From contig MU058337.1 in assembly GCA_013265495.1 (NCBI GenBank), positions 6,802,716 to 6,866,715 on the forward strand: a DNA stretch of 64,000 bases, read 5' to 3'. The DNA comes from Vicugna vicugna. Taxonomy: Eukaryota. Positions within the stretch are counted from its first letter, which is position 1. Each line of letters opens with the position of its first letter. Below, piece by piece: positions 1 to 12,079 of this stretch. A program made the translations under genes and the position numbers. The notes beneath the pieces were generated by a model, which saw only the letters and a program-made list of their open reading frames with translations, was not told the origin of the DNA and made no database searches.

Positions 1-104
1 TCATTCACCTCTTTGGAATGACCAAAGTACACAGCCACCTCTCTGAGGCGATGAATAGCAATCAGGCTTTGGTGACTGTGTATTATCCTAAAATAATTAT
101 TACA

Positions 105-320
105 GTATACATGGATTACTTTATGCCAGGCACTGCACTAAAAAAAGCACTTTCTGTGTAATACCATCTCAGTGAATGCTTACAGTAAATCTGAGGCAAT
201 AATTAGTTATCTGCATACCCCAGGTGAAAAATGGGCTAGGAAAGGTTAAGTAACTTGCCCAAAGTCACAGCTAGTTAGTAGAGGGGCTGAGATTTGAACT
301 CATTCTGCCTGAGTCCAAAG
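105..320 (-). mobile_element. MIR SINE
   Basis: aggttaagtaacttgcccaaagtcacagctagt...gatttgaactc is the reverse complement of the MIR core. Confidence 0.85.
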
Positions 321-430
321 AAAAAAGGTTTTCCTAATATATCAAAGGAAATCTGATATCTTTATATCATGGTCCTTGGTCCAAAGGGATTTTCACTATT
401 ACTATTTTTAGCATTTCACTTGTATATTTT

Positions 431-1022
431 TGGTTCCTCAAAAAGTTAAACAGAATTACCATATGACCCAACAATTCAACTCCTAGTTATATATTCAAGA
501 GAACTGAAAACAGATGTTCAAACAAAAACCTGAACATTCATCGCAGCATTGTCAGAATAGCCGAAATGTGGAAACAACCCAAAAGTCCATGGACAGATGA
601 ACAGATAAACAAACTGTGGTATATCTATACAACAGAATATTACTCAGTCATGAAAGGACACACGTTACTGACACAGGCTACAAAGTGGAAGAATCTTGAG
701 AACATTATGCTAAGTGAAAAAAGCCAGGCACAAAAAGTCACATATTGTAGGATTCCATTTACATGAAATGTCCGGAATTTAAATATCCACAGGGACAGAA
801 AGCAGGTTAGTGGCCATCAGGGGCGGGGAGTGGGAGGGAGTAGCGAGTGTCTGCTTAACAGGTACTGCGTTTCATTTTGGAGTGATAAAAATGGTCTGGA
901 ATTAGACAGTGGTTGGTGATGATTGCACAACAATGTAAATGTGCTGGAAGTCAATAGCTATACACTATAAAATGGTTAAAATGGTGAATTTTATGTTATG
1001 TGAATTTCACCTGATTAAAAAT
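431..1022 (+). mobile_element. L1 3' fragment (L1MB-like): ORF2 C-terminus and 3' UTR
   Basis: ORF 566-766 (WKQPKSPWTDEQINKLWYIYTTEYYS) resembles the L1 ORF2p C-terminus. The element ends aatggttaaaatggtgaattttatgttatgtg plus an A tail. Confidence 0.9.
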
Positions 1023-3533
1023 ATGTATCTTTTATGTACTGAAGACACTAACCACAGGTCTTGCAAAGCTTAGCCATGCAGGCTGTTACGGAAGCATCGC
1101 AGCCGAGGCTAGATTCAGGGGGTGGGGGTGAGGGGAAGAAAAAGGCAGCAACCCAACAACCCTGTGGGTCCCCACAAGCCAGCCGTGTTAAAGCACACTC
1201 GTCAGAAACCCCAGTGGTTCACACCCCAGGAGGGGGGCCGCCATATCCTGCCGTATTGGTCTCCCTATTTCTGACTACCTGCCTATTTCCTCTGCTTCTC
1301 AGGGTTCCCACAAGAATGACCTGGCAGCTCATGAAGTACCACCCTTAAAGTTTTTCATCAGAAAGGGGCTAAACTAACGTGTGGAAGCCCATAAAAATGC
1401 AGTAACGTGTGCACTGCAAGGTACATGTGCGTGCACCCCGCTTTCCTCCCCGGGCCTATGAGCTACTTCCTGGAAGGAAACTTGATGAAAATTATCGTCA
1501 GTGACCATGTGATGGACAGCGAGTGCCTTCTGGTGACCATCTCAATGAAGTCTTTCCGTAAACTGCCTGGGAATCAAAAGGTCTCAAGTTTATCTTCCTT
1601 ACACTCAATTACCTACGATGGTTAGAATTAAAATGCTGTAAGCCATCCCTGAACCTGCCGCAGTTCCTAACACCTGGGGAGAGTCCGATGGTCTCGGGCG
1701 CCTGCCACTGACCGCTCCTTCCCCGACAGCTGGGCAGGGGGCCTGCCTGGTTCGAGAGGGTGGCCAGTGAACGCCTGTTACTGGACCAGTACTCGTAAAA
1801 CTTCTCAAAAATACAAATGGGAGGAAAAGCTAGGAAGTTTCCATAAAAGAATGCCCAAAAAAGGTGAGAAGCAGGAAGATCTGCCCTCTAGATACAAGAT
1901 ACAAGATCTAGACATAGAAGGTATTTTCCATCTAAAATATTCAGACAGTGAGAATTAGGGTAAACAAAAAAGAATGAGCAATAAAATTGATAAAGGAAGT
2001 TCTAGAACACAAAGGCTCACCTGCCAGAGAAAAGTGTGTCAGACCTGCACGTCATCAACCATGGCCTTAGGCTCCTACCCTTTTGTCTTGGTCCTGCCCC
2101 TTCACCGACACTACTTGGGTTTATCCTTCTTACGGAGATTTTATACAAACATGAAGCCATTCATTAAATGTTTTTTTAAAAAAGTAGTCATTATTAAAAG
2201 TGCTAATTAGACAAGGAATACAAGTATCATGAAATAACAATGTTAAAAGCCAAAAGAAAAAACTATAAATGTTATACATAAATAGTAAGAAATTATTCAA
2301 CATTAGGAACAACTCTGAAAAAGTGAAATTGGGAAGCTTGGGTTAGTTCTAGACCCATGCAATAAACTGTAAGAGAAAAGAAAAAAATTTTTAAGAGAAA
2401 ATGTGCGGTTATTGGCAAGAAAATCTGTTGTACATTTAAGCACCTGAGGAGGCCAGGCAGGTATCGGTGAAACACAGGAGGTAGATGGTCAAAAGTGCAG
2501 GATCAGTGGGTTTTTGTCACTTAACAATTCAGCCCTTGGTGATGGCAGATCTCATCTCAAGAGCTAAGAGGAATCTGGATTCCTCTTGGAAAGACTCCAA
2601 TTTTAAAATGTTGGAAGGTGACTCTCTTCCCACCCCCTACCCTTACTGCCAACACACATATCAAACAAAACACATGTGTGTGGCCTGTCAGTTTTCAAAG
2701 TCTGGCCTGGAGAATCTTCACTGAGGTGACTGCCTGCCTATCAGAGCAAACTAATTTAAGAGAAGGCTAAGAGCGGTAAAGGACAAGGATGGCGAAGGTG
2801 TTGTCCTAACGGCAACAGCTTCAGGACAAACCAGAGCTGGTTCTATGTGATCCAAGACACGACGAATCTTTAAATCAACCAAAGTAAACTGACAAGTAAG
2901 GACACCATACCGATAAAGACAAACACCAGAACGTCTGAGAAGATAAACAGGAGAGGGAGTTATCTGCTCAGCAGAGGTTTCATGCAAACTAAATTAGTCT
3001 ACTGGAGGGAAAGACGCAAACAGAATGTATGTGTGCAAGGTGGAAAAACCCAAGTCTGATTTTAAAGCTTTAGTGATCCAAGGAAACTATTCCACTCCTC
3101 CCTGGTGAGAAAGCTTATTAAGAGAACCAAGTTTAAATCCTTTCAGGGTTGGACTTGTACGTGGCCTTTCAGCACTTAATCTGTATGTAAGCAGAGATGC
3201 TACTGAACATCTGTAACCACTGGTGCTGAGACTGGCTGGCTGGTAGGGACGAAAAGTCCAGCTTAAAATCTATAAAGATGAAAATTAATTCTTAGTGGAT
3301 TCAAAAATCAAACAAAAGGAATGAAAGCAAAAAGACAGCTAGACAAAATTCCAGTTTAAGATGACACTCCTACATCTATCCACTTTTCCTTCCACCTGAA
3401 GTCACATTGAAATAAAAGAACCCTGGAAACACTAGAGAACTGCCTCCTTCCAAACGAGTCCAGGGAACTAATCAATAAATACCATGACCTGGGAAAGACC
3501 ATAAGCAAGTAGAGTCACCCATCAGAATAATTT

Positions 3534-3910
3534 AGAGGTTTTCTCAAACTTCAGTCACTCCCATTATGGAAGCACAATTTTTGCTATTTCCTGGGATTAC
3601 CTATCTTAATATTTAATATTTTCCTTCAAAACACCTTACTATGATTTAGTCAAATAAACATTTTAAAGGAAACTTTACAGCAAAACCAGTGTCACTTCAT
3701 CATCAGTAGGTGCTAACTATAAAAATAAACCCCCTTTATTATTAAATTCTAGCTAATATTGTTGCTGACAGGAAGATCAGGCCTGCCTCCTGTTATCTAC
3801 ATTACAGTAGGAAACTAGCTGCTATAAAAGAAGTATTTCAGACTAGCACCTAACTGAGACTTTCTCTGTGTTACAATCAGGAGAAAAAAGAACTGAAAAG
3901 AGAATTATTA
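3534..3910 (+). mobile_element. hAT-Charlie non-autonomous DNA transposon (MER113-like)
   Basis: Recognised blocks: tttctcaaacttcagtca, aaaggaaacttta, attaaattctagcta, actagcacctaactgagactttctc. Confidence 0.6.
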
Positions 3911-5559
3911 CCATACGTTTGTTTCAGTGGCCCTTCATGTTGGGCCCACATCCTGTTTAAACCATTCCTAGTGTAAATGTCACACGTGCAGGTGCGTACC
4001 GGGACAGCTGGGTCAGGCCCCTGCACAAAACCCCACCCCCAGATACACTTTCACATTTTCTCACACACAGCCATTCATCACCCATCCCAGCTGAAAAAAA
4101 GGCTTTGCCCTCAAAACACTAACCAAGAAACTCTCTCTGAAGAAAGTGGCAATCTACGTAGAGGACGCTGTGAGGGTCTGAGGGCTGAGGAAGAGTAGAA
4201 AAGAGCGGGGGCATCTTCAGACTGTCACAGGAGATGCCGCCTGGGTACCGGGAGCAGTGGGAGGGGATGTTAAAAGGAAGGGCAGCTTTACTCAGAGTGA
4301 GATTTACACAAGGAGGAAGGCCCACCTAACGTGGCCCACAGTAGGGGATTTTCACTGTTCTCTGCCCACCTCCTACCCTACACATCTGCACCCTATACGG
4401 AAATCAGCCTATTCACCAGCTCTACAAACTTGGACGGAGCCTACAGTCAGCCCTGCCATTCGAGGTGCGGGCCTCTTGGGGACAAAGCCCTAACCACAAA
4501 TAAAAAGAAAACCCACCCCAGCTACTTACAAATCCAGCCTTCGCTATGTACAGGAATGGCCAGGTGAGCATCTGGAAAGCTCACCCCATGTCCACTACAG
4601 GAAAACCCTGGCTGCAGGAGGGGTGCCAGGGGAGAAAACAGAAGGCTCCAAGAAGACAATGATGCAGGGTTCAAGGAACAGCAGTAACTGAGTGGGAGCT
4701 TCAAGTAGTGAAGAGACATCAAAAGAAATTAAGAGACTCCTTGAAGCAGCAGGTTTTCTGACCCAGCGCTATATCTTCTTCTACGACTCTTATCGCACAC
4801 CTCGGTTCAACAATAAATACACAATCATATTAATGTAAATACAGCTGTGGTTATGATTTCTATATAAAATCAACCTACAGACAAAGCATGGACGGTTTAA
4901 CTATCATTACAGAACAGGCTGTAAACACACAGGGCATATGCAGAACACAAATCAAGAAATAAGAGCACAGAGGTGGTACATATGTTCTTGGGCTAATTTT
5001 ACTCATTTTCATAGTGTGGTCTACTGACTGTGCCAAAAACTGATAAATCAAAAAAACACGGGGTTTTATCCATTGTTTAATATTATAAAGGTAACCACAA
5101 GTGGTAACAAACCAAAACTAAAAGATGGAGAGGCTGGAGGTATGCAAATTTCTCATCTTTCACTATGGAGAACCTATAAACAGACCTAGTAGTTAACAAA
5201 TCAATAAACACATAATTTAAAAGCTGCAAAAGTAGAACAAAGAAAAAAGAACTTAAAAATGGCTATTCCTAGCGAAGAGAATTTGTATTATATCCTTTTT
5301 TTTTCACAATATGCTTATATTCCTCTTATATTAACTACACACACACATACACTGGATTCACAGGGGAAAACAACCAACAAGAATAACTTCCAAACTGTTG
5401 CTGGGATTGAGAAGAATTTCACATTTCACCTCCTCCTCTTCTGCATAGTCTGAATTTGTAACAGCAGTAGAGATTGTCTTCACAAATAGAAAAAATAAAT
5501 AAGATACAAAAAATGTTAAATGAATACCTGAGAGATCTCAGGAGGCCCAGAACTTGAAA

Positions 5560-6410
5560 AAGAAAAGAGTGAATTTGGCTCATAAATAAAATTTATGAGT
5601 TAAATCTATTTTAATGACTTATTTATGAATGAAAACTTTATATAAAAAAACTTCTTGAATAAAATTAAAAAGCAACTGACAAGTGGTTAAAATATTTGCA
5701 ACATATACCAAGACAAAAGCTAATACCCTTAAAGGGCTTTTACAAATAAATCTGTAAAATTAAACACTAACACTCCAATAGGGAAAAAAAAAAGGCAAAG
5801 GACAGAAACAGTCAAATCAGTTTAAATATATATATATTTAAATGGCCAATAAATATGAAAGAGGAAAAGAAGTTCACTTTCCCAGGCATTCAAAGAAATG
5901 CAGATTAGGACAACAATGAAATGCCATTTTTCAATTTCTCAATTGGCAAAAATGACTTTAAATTATCATGCTCAAGTGTTACAGTAGTTTGATGAGCTAC
6001 ACTGCTGACAACTGTAAAGTGATACATCCTTTCTGGAAGGATTTGGTAATACAGATCAAAAGCTTTAAAATGTTCCAGTCTTTGACACTATGATTCCACA
6101 TTTGTGATAATTTCTTTAGGATGAAGTCAAAGATGTGATCAATAACTTTAACGATATTCACCACAACACTGTTTAAATGGGAAAATACAGGAGAAAAACA
6201 TTTTAATACATGTTACAATCCTTCAAGGTCATGATTCTGTATCTAAGATAATATTAGGGCAACACAACGAAACGTCTATTTGAATGCCATATCTGTGTAA
6301 ATCCACATACACATGCGTCTGCATGTGTGTGTCGGAGAGAAAGAATGCACAGAAAAGCACTTGCATAGAAAAAGCCTAAAAGAAGAAGCTCTATCAGTGA
6401 TAGTTATTTA
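5560..6410 (+). mobile_element. Ancient L1 (L1ME-like) ORF2 3' fragment
   Basis: A-rich, with aaatatttgcaac, aatggccaataaatatgaaa and aaagaaatgcagattaggacaacaatgaaatgccattttt. Confidence 0.7.
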
Positions 6411-6985
6411 GGAGGGACGGATTCCTAACCCCAACCCTGAATGACCCACAGTCCTTACAGCTCGCCCATCTCTAGAGTGGGATGAATGTCCTTACCACAG
6501 CCTGGAACCACCAGACCTTGGATTCATCAACCTTCCCTAACTGCATCTGACTCCAGGCTTCCTAATTCCAGTTTTGGATCAAAAAGAGTTTTACTCAAGG
6601 GAAAGTTCCAGCTCAGCTGAAAACTTTACTTCTCACTCAGATAAATTTGCACTGGTTCCCACGTCAGGGCTGTGTGAATCTTGGCATGATACCCTGGGTT
6701 CTGACAAGCCTCTGCGCCTTCAAAGGGCTGACTCCAGCTGTGTTGCCCTGAGGTTCACCCAGCTGTCCATCCCTACAGTCTCCTCTCACTACTTCCCTCT
6801 CCCTCTGGTTCACTCCCTATCTTAACAAAATTAGGTCTGGGCCTTACTGACCCAGTGAAACTGCTGTTCATAAAGTATCAACAACTTAATGCCAAATCCA
6901 GTAGACCCCGAAGATATGAAAGAAACCAAGAAGATGTGGTCAGAAGGTATAAAGAAAAAGTCAAAGAATAAGGAATTTTAGGAAA

Positions 6986-7166
6986 GTACAAACTACTAGG
7001 CATAAAATAAATAAGATACAAGGAGGTAAAGTACAGCACAAAGAATATAGCCAATATTTTATTATAACTTTAAATGGAGTATAACCATAAAAATATTGAA
7101 TCACTGCTGTACACCTGAAACTAATATCATATTGTAAATCAACTATCTTTCAACTAAAAAAAAAAA
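6986..7166 (+). mobile_element. Short L1 3' end with poly(A), within probable L2 sequence
   Basis: gtacaaactactagg...ctgtacacctgaaactaatatcatattgtaaatcaacta followed by an A tract. Confidence 0.85.
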
Positions 7167-8025
7167 GAATCAGAAAAATTCATCAAGGCCAGTGCAAGAG
7201 AACGTTCCACTAAGGTAAGGACTGAGAGGCACCCATCAGCTCTGTGGACAAGGAAGTCTTTGTCACCTTGTCTTCAGTGGTGCGGGGGTGGAAGCAGGCT
7301 GCAGTGAGCCAAGAACAGAGTCATGCCACAGTGGATGACCATCAAACAGCAGCTGGTTAACTACAGAGGCCTGAAGAGCGGAGGGCAGTGAGAAGGGGAA
7401 AAAAGTGAAGACATCTTTCAAGAAGCTTGGTTGGGAAGAAGAAACAGAGTAGTCGGCAGCTGGGCAGGTACAGGATATGATTAATAGATGGAGTGGTTAT
7501 GCTTCTGTATTTTTAAGAACAGACTCCAAAGAAGGATCCAGGAGAAAATACTAACCCTAACCAAGTACTCACTAGGGCAAAACTCTAGGAGCTTTACAGT
7601 CAATCTCTTAATCTTCACAAACCACCCAACAAAATAGGGAATAATATTATCTCCTTTCCACAGATAAGGGATCTGAAGTACTCTGGGGGTCTCTGAAGAG
7701 CCCACAGGAGAAAGCATCACCTTTAACCACGTGCCAAGCTCAGTCTCTCAGATGAGAGAACGAGGGACGTCACTAGAAAAGGCAGCAAAGAATGAGTTAC
7801 GAATAGGCGGAGGGCGGGCCTCAGGAGGAGAAGGGTGCCTTATTCTTTTAGGATGGAAAAAAGGAACACAGTCTGTATGCCTGACAAACTCTTACTCATC
7901 CCTCAGAAATCAGCTCAAACATCGCCTACATTAGGAAGTGGACTCTAACAACTGTTTGATAAGTTAGGGAGGAGACATGTCCAGGTGATGGACCTTGGAT
8001 TTGGACGGGTTAAGAGTGGATGGGC

Positions 8026-8176
8026 GAGGGAAGGGTATAGTTCAAGTGGTAGAATGCATGCTTAGCATGCATGAGGTCCTGGGTTCAATCCCCAGTACCT
8101 CCTCCAAAAAATAAATAAGTAAACCTAATTACCTCCCTCCCAAAAAATTTTTTAAAATTTTTTAATTAAAAAAAAA
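8026..8176 (+). mobile_element. tRNA-Ala(AGC)-derived camelid SINE (Vic-1-type)
   Basis: A-box/B-box tRNA head (tagttcaagtggtagaatgcatgcttagcatgcatgaggtcctgggttcaatcccc), cctaattacc tail and poly(A). TSD aagagtggat(g/a)ggc at 8012-8025 and 8177-8190. Confidence 0.9.
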
Positions 8177-9059
8177 AAGAGTGGATAGGCAGAGACTGGG
8201 AATCGTCTTGACAATTAAAGGGGAAGCACACAGGGAGATAATCAAACCCAAGAAGTGCAACTGAGCAATCGTGCCAAGGACCCGGCCTGGATCAGACACC
8301 ACTCATTAATATGAGGTTGGGGTTTGCTGGGTGAGGAGAGCAGGACAGGGGTTCCAGGTCGCTCACTGAGAGTCTTGATGAGAACGTGGGTAATTAACCA
8401 CGGTTTCCAGATTGGATGTGGAAGATGCCAGAACTGGGCTATAAACTGGAAACAAGGAGAACGGAGTCTGGAGAGCAGAGTCACTGTGGTGAGAGTGAAA
8501 AAGCTGCAGGAGTTTGTTTACAATGAAAGAGGGCAAATCAAATTAGGTTGGGTAAAGACAGTTTTCTCCTAAAGAAACACCCCTCTGCCTACTTCGCCAC
8601 CTCCTCTTTCTCCACCGTGCCTTAAATATTGGATTGGAATTGCTTAAAGTCCAGTCCTCAGCCTTCTAACTCTCTTCACTGCTTCCAGTGTCCTCATTCA
8701 CATCCACGGCATAACTCCCACCTAACCATCCATGTCCAGTCCAGCTCCCTCTCTCCAGACGTCCCCTGGGTGTCTCCCAGTGGACTTCACAGACCCTTCG
8801 ACATTAAACACCTTCCCCCCAGATAAGCTCCTCCCTCTCTCCGCTCTCTACCTCAGTGAACAGCACCTGTCTACCAGGCTCACCTTCAACTCCTCTTTCT
8901 CCGCCATAATGCAATAAGCTCTACTGACACAAGCTACCTGCCTACACATCCTCAGAATCCTCCTTCTCTATCCTGTCCATTCTCACCGCTACTCCCTTCA
9001 GTGGGATTGTCAGCATCTCCCAATGGCCATCTTCTCACCTTGATCTAAATCTATTTGTC

Positions 9060-9205
9060 CATTAGAATCCCCCCTCACCGAAGTTTTAAACATTCAAATT
9101 TCTGATGCCCAGGTTAGCCCTTCTGAGTCGGACTCTCTAGGGATGGGACTCAGGAATCTGGACATTCAGAGAGCTCCATGGCTGCTTTTATGTGGCCAGG
9201 ATACA
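9060..9205. mobile_element. MER5-like hAT DNA transposon fragment
   Basis: attagaatc...ctgatgcccagg...tctctagggatgggactcaggaatctg pattern. Confidence 0.55.
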
Positions 9206-10064
9206 GACACTATGTGGAAAATAATGCTCCGACCCCTGACAATCGTCTCCCGTCTTGCTTCCCAAGGCAACGTGAAGCCTTCCCAACCAGAGTTCTAGAC
9301 TGTCACCTCCTTCTGCTTCCTGGCCTCTGCTCTACCACCTGGTCCTGTCTGTGCTCCTGGAGGGGCAGCTGTGGCCATGCCTCCTCTTCTCCCTCTCCAG
9401 GTTCCACCCCCAGCTCTGGACTCACCCGCCCTCTGCACGATGTCACCGCATATCTCTGGGCAGGAACTGCTCTCTTCAGTGTAATTAATAATCCCCAAAT
9501 TCATTACCTCCTGCCTCTTTGCCAGGCCCTGCCCAGGCTCTGTCCTTCACAGAGGCCCTCTCCCCACTTGCATGCCTGCCAAACCCTCACGAGTCCCTCA
9601 AAAATAGGCTGAAATACCACCTCTACTGGAAGTCTCAACGGTGCCTCTCCCCCAGCAGCCCACTCCCAGCAATAAACCTGCAGCACCAAGTACAGAAGTT
9701 GTTTCACTTCTTTTTAAAACATTGTCCCACTAGACACTGAACTCCTTGAGGGTGGGAACTATACCTGAAATACATTAGCCTCACAATTTATGTTGGTAGA
9801 GTTCATTGTTACACAGTGAATTCACTGTAAAGTGAGTAAGTCGTGGGAACACTTACCAATAAGTGTAAGAAATGATCCATCTATTACTCAACATGTCTGT
9901 CGTTGAGTACTAGCACTGGTCTCTAAGCAAGAATCTAAAATAAGGCATGAATATGACTCCTACGCACTTTTACCCAGTCATAATTACCTGACAGGGTGGA
10001 CAGCAATACAGTGCCAAAGACATGGTCACACGTGCCCTTCCCTTGACTTACTGCCCTGGCAGCA

Positions 10065-10445
10065 CCAGCTTTCTTTAGTACCTGGACAATGCCTGGCGGT
10101 GCCTGTGTGCGGGTCTTTGTGCTGGCTCTCCCCTTCTGCAAGATGCACACTTTTCCACAAACTCTGCCATGCTGGCTTCTTCACACTAGTTGGGTCTCAG
10201 CTCAATGTCCCCTTCTCAGGTATCCTCCCTGATCACACCTGCTAGATAGCAGTCCTCCACAACCTCAGTCTACGCCACCACCTTCTGACTTTCTTCACAA
10301 CACTTATCACTATGTGAAACCACATGATTTGTTGACTTACTGGATATTGGTCCCTTTTATCCTACCACTTTATCCTCTGTTCACAGTGTGTGGCTTATGT
10401 GGGTATTCAATGGACACTTGTTGAATGAATAAATGAATGAATGAG
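10065..10445 (+). mobile_element. L2 3' end
   Basis: tctcagctcaatgtccccttctcag...cttgttgaatgaataaatgaatgaatga is a typical L2 terminus. Confidence 0.75.
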
Positions 10446-12079
10446 AGAGAGGAAAGCACATGTAACACAAAAACACCATCACCCACTAGTTACAGATATG
10501 GGACCACTAGTCACAGAAGTGGGAAATATGCAGGCGGTAGGAAATGCCCAAGATTTTTCCCCTTGAAAAGAGAATGTTATTCACCACCCCTGGGGGCAGC
10601 GCTGGGCACAATATTTGTCCTCAAGATCAGAACTCTGACTTACCAAAGGGCCACATGACTTATCTAAAGGAAATCACCCAGCAACGAAAAATTTCAAAGC
10701 AAAGAAGATTTCCCCACCCAGACTTGCCAAAAGACTGGTCCTGGAAAAACGGTGCCTAAACACCACTGTAAACACTGCAAACACTCAGACTAAGATTCGT
10801 CCAAGGTCACGTTGCCAGCCCACAAGAGATGCTCAAAATGTTTGTTAAATGAGCATGTAAGACATGGCCTTCTGAGGAATGGCCATTCCATCAATTCTTA
10901 AGCTGCGGGTACATTTATTTTAGAGATAGAACAAGACAGCTGAGGAGGAGTCTTCGGCCTAAGTGTCTCCCTGGGCAGCCATTTGGTTCCTAGAATTCAA
11001 TACTCATCAATCATGTGCCATAGGTAATCAAGTACTACCTTCCCCAGAGTCACCTTATGTCAAATTTGAATAAACTTTGCCAACATAATGTCTAATACAG
11101 CATAATAAACAATAACAGATTTTTCATACCTTTTAAATTTTTAAATGGATTTTGGTCACCAAAGAAGGACAGTTCAAAATGATGAAATAAGACAAATAAA
11201 ATTGAAGAATTCTACCATTAGTTTCATATCCACCAGTGAACGGCTCACAGTGTGATCCCAGGAAAATCGTACCACTTTCTCGACTATCAGTTTTAACACT
11301 CATAATGTTCTTTATCCAAAGGGTAGTTTGGGGAAGATTAATTACCTAGTAGTTGTAACGTATCCTTGAGGCCAATGCTTGAAAGATGCCATGAATCAAA
11401 TCAGTTGTGAAACAAGGCAAATCAGAAACATTAAACCCACTTTAAAATCTGAGAAGCTGAGAAGTGAGGAAGATTTAAAATTATGCCTGTGGCCCTTATT
11501 CTAACTCACTCTCAGACTAAGACATGTATTCTCAGAAAAAGATTCCTCACATTCACAATAGATGGCTAATATTTGGAAATGTCAGCTGCCTCTGTGCTCA
11601 GCAGGATTAACTTCACATGTATACGACATGAAGTACTAACAGTGACAAGTGATTGCAAAAATTATAGCTGTTCAAATAGTTCATTGCTGTCTTATCAGTG
11701 CCTAATCTCAGTGCTGTTTAGTTAACATACGATTAAACCAAAAGTCAATTAAGCCATTTCAGTGAGAAAAAGAAAGTTCTTTAAAAGGTTGTGTATACTT
11801 CTTATCCCTCTATCTGCTGACCACTGCTGACACTCAGTAAAATACAGCAACATCCAGCAGCAATGTCCCTGCTTTAGTGCCAAAGTACTTCCAAACTTCC
11901 TTTCACTTTAAAGTACTTTAATCGGTCTTTGTTTGTCTAAAAACTCCAAAGGGAGACTGAGGGAAGAAACTCTATGTAACACTAAGAGAAGCAGAGGTTG
12001 GAGTTTACATCTGGGGGAGAGCCAGTTTGGTCCCTCTATAGCCTAAATGAATGGAGCAAGGTGACTGGGAAGGGGGCAG

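Noticed and set aside
566..766. ORF resembling a real protein
   Set aside because: It is an L1 ORF2p C-terminal remnant inside a decayed L1.
8026..8102. tRNA-Ala genes here and at 15671-15813, 29228-29378 and 47663-47808
   Set aside because: Mutated stems, a shared non-tRNA tail, poly(A) and TSDs show they are SINEs.
10583..10602. Additional CTCF-like motifs (here and ~37637-37655)
   Set aside because: They match only the GGGGGCAGC half, which is too weak to call without data.
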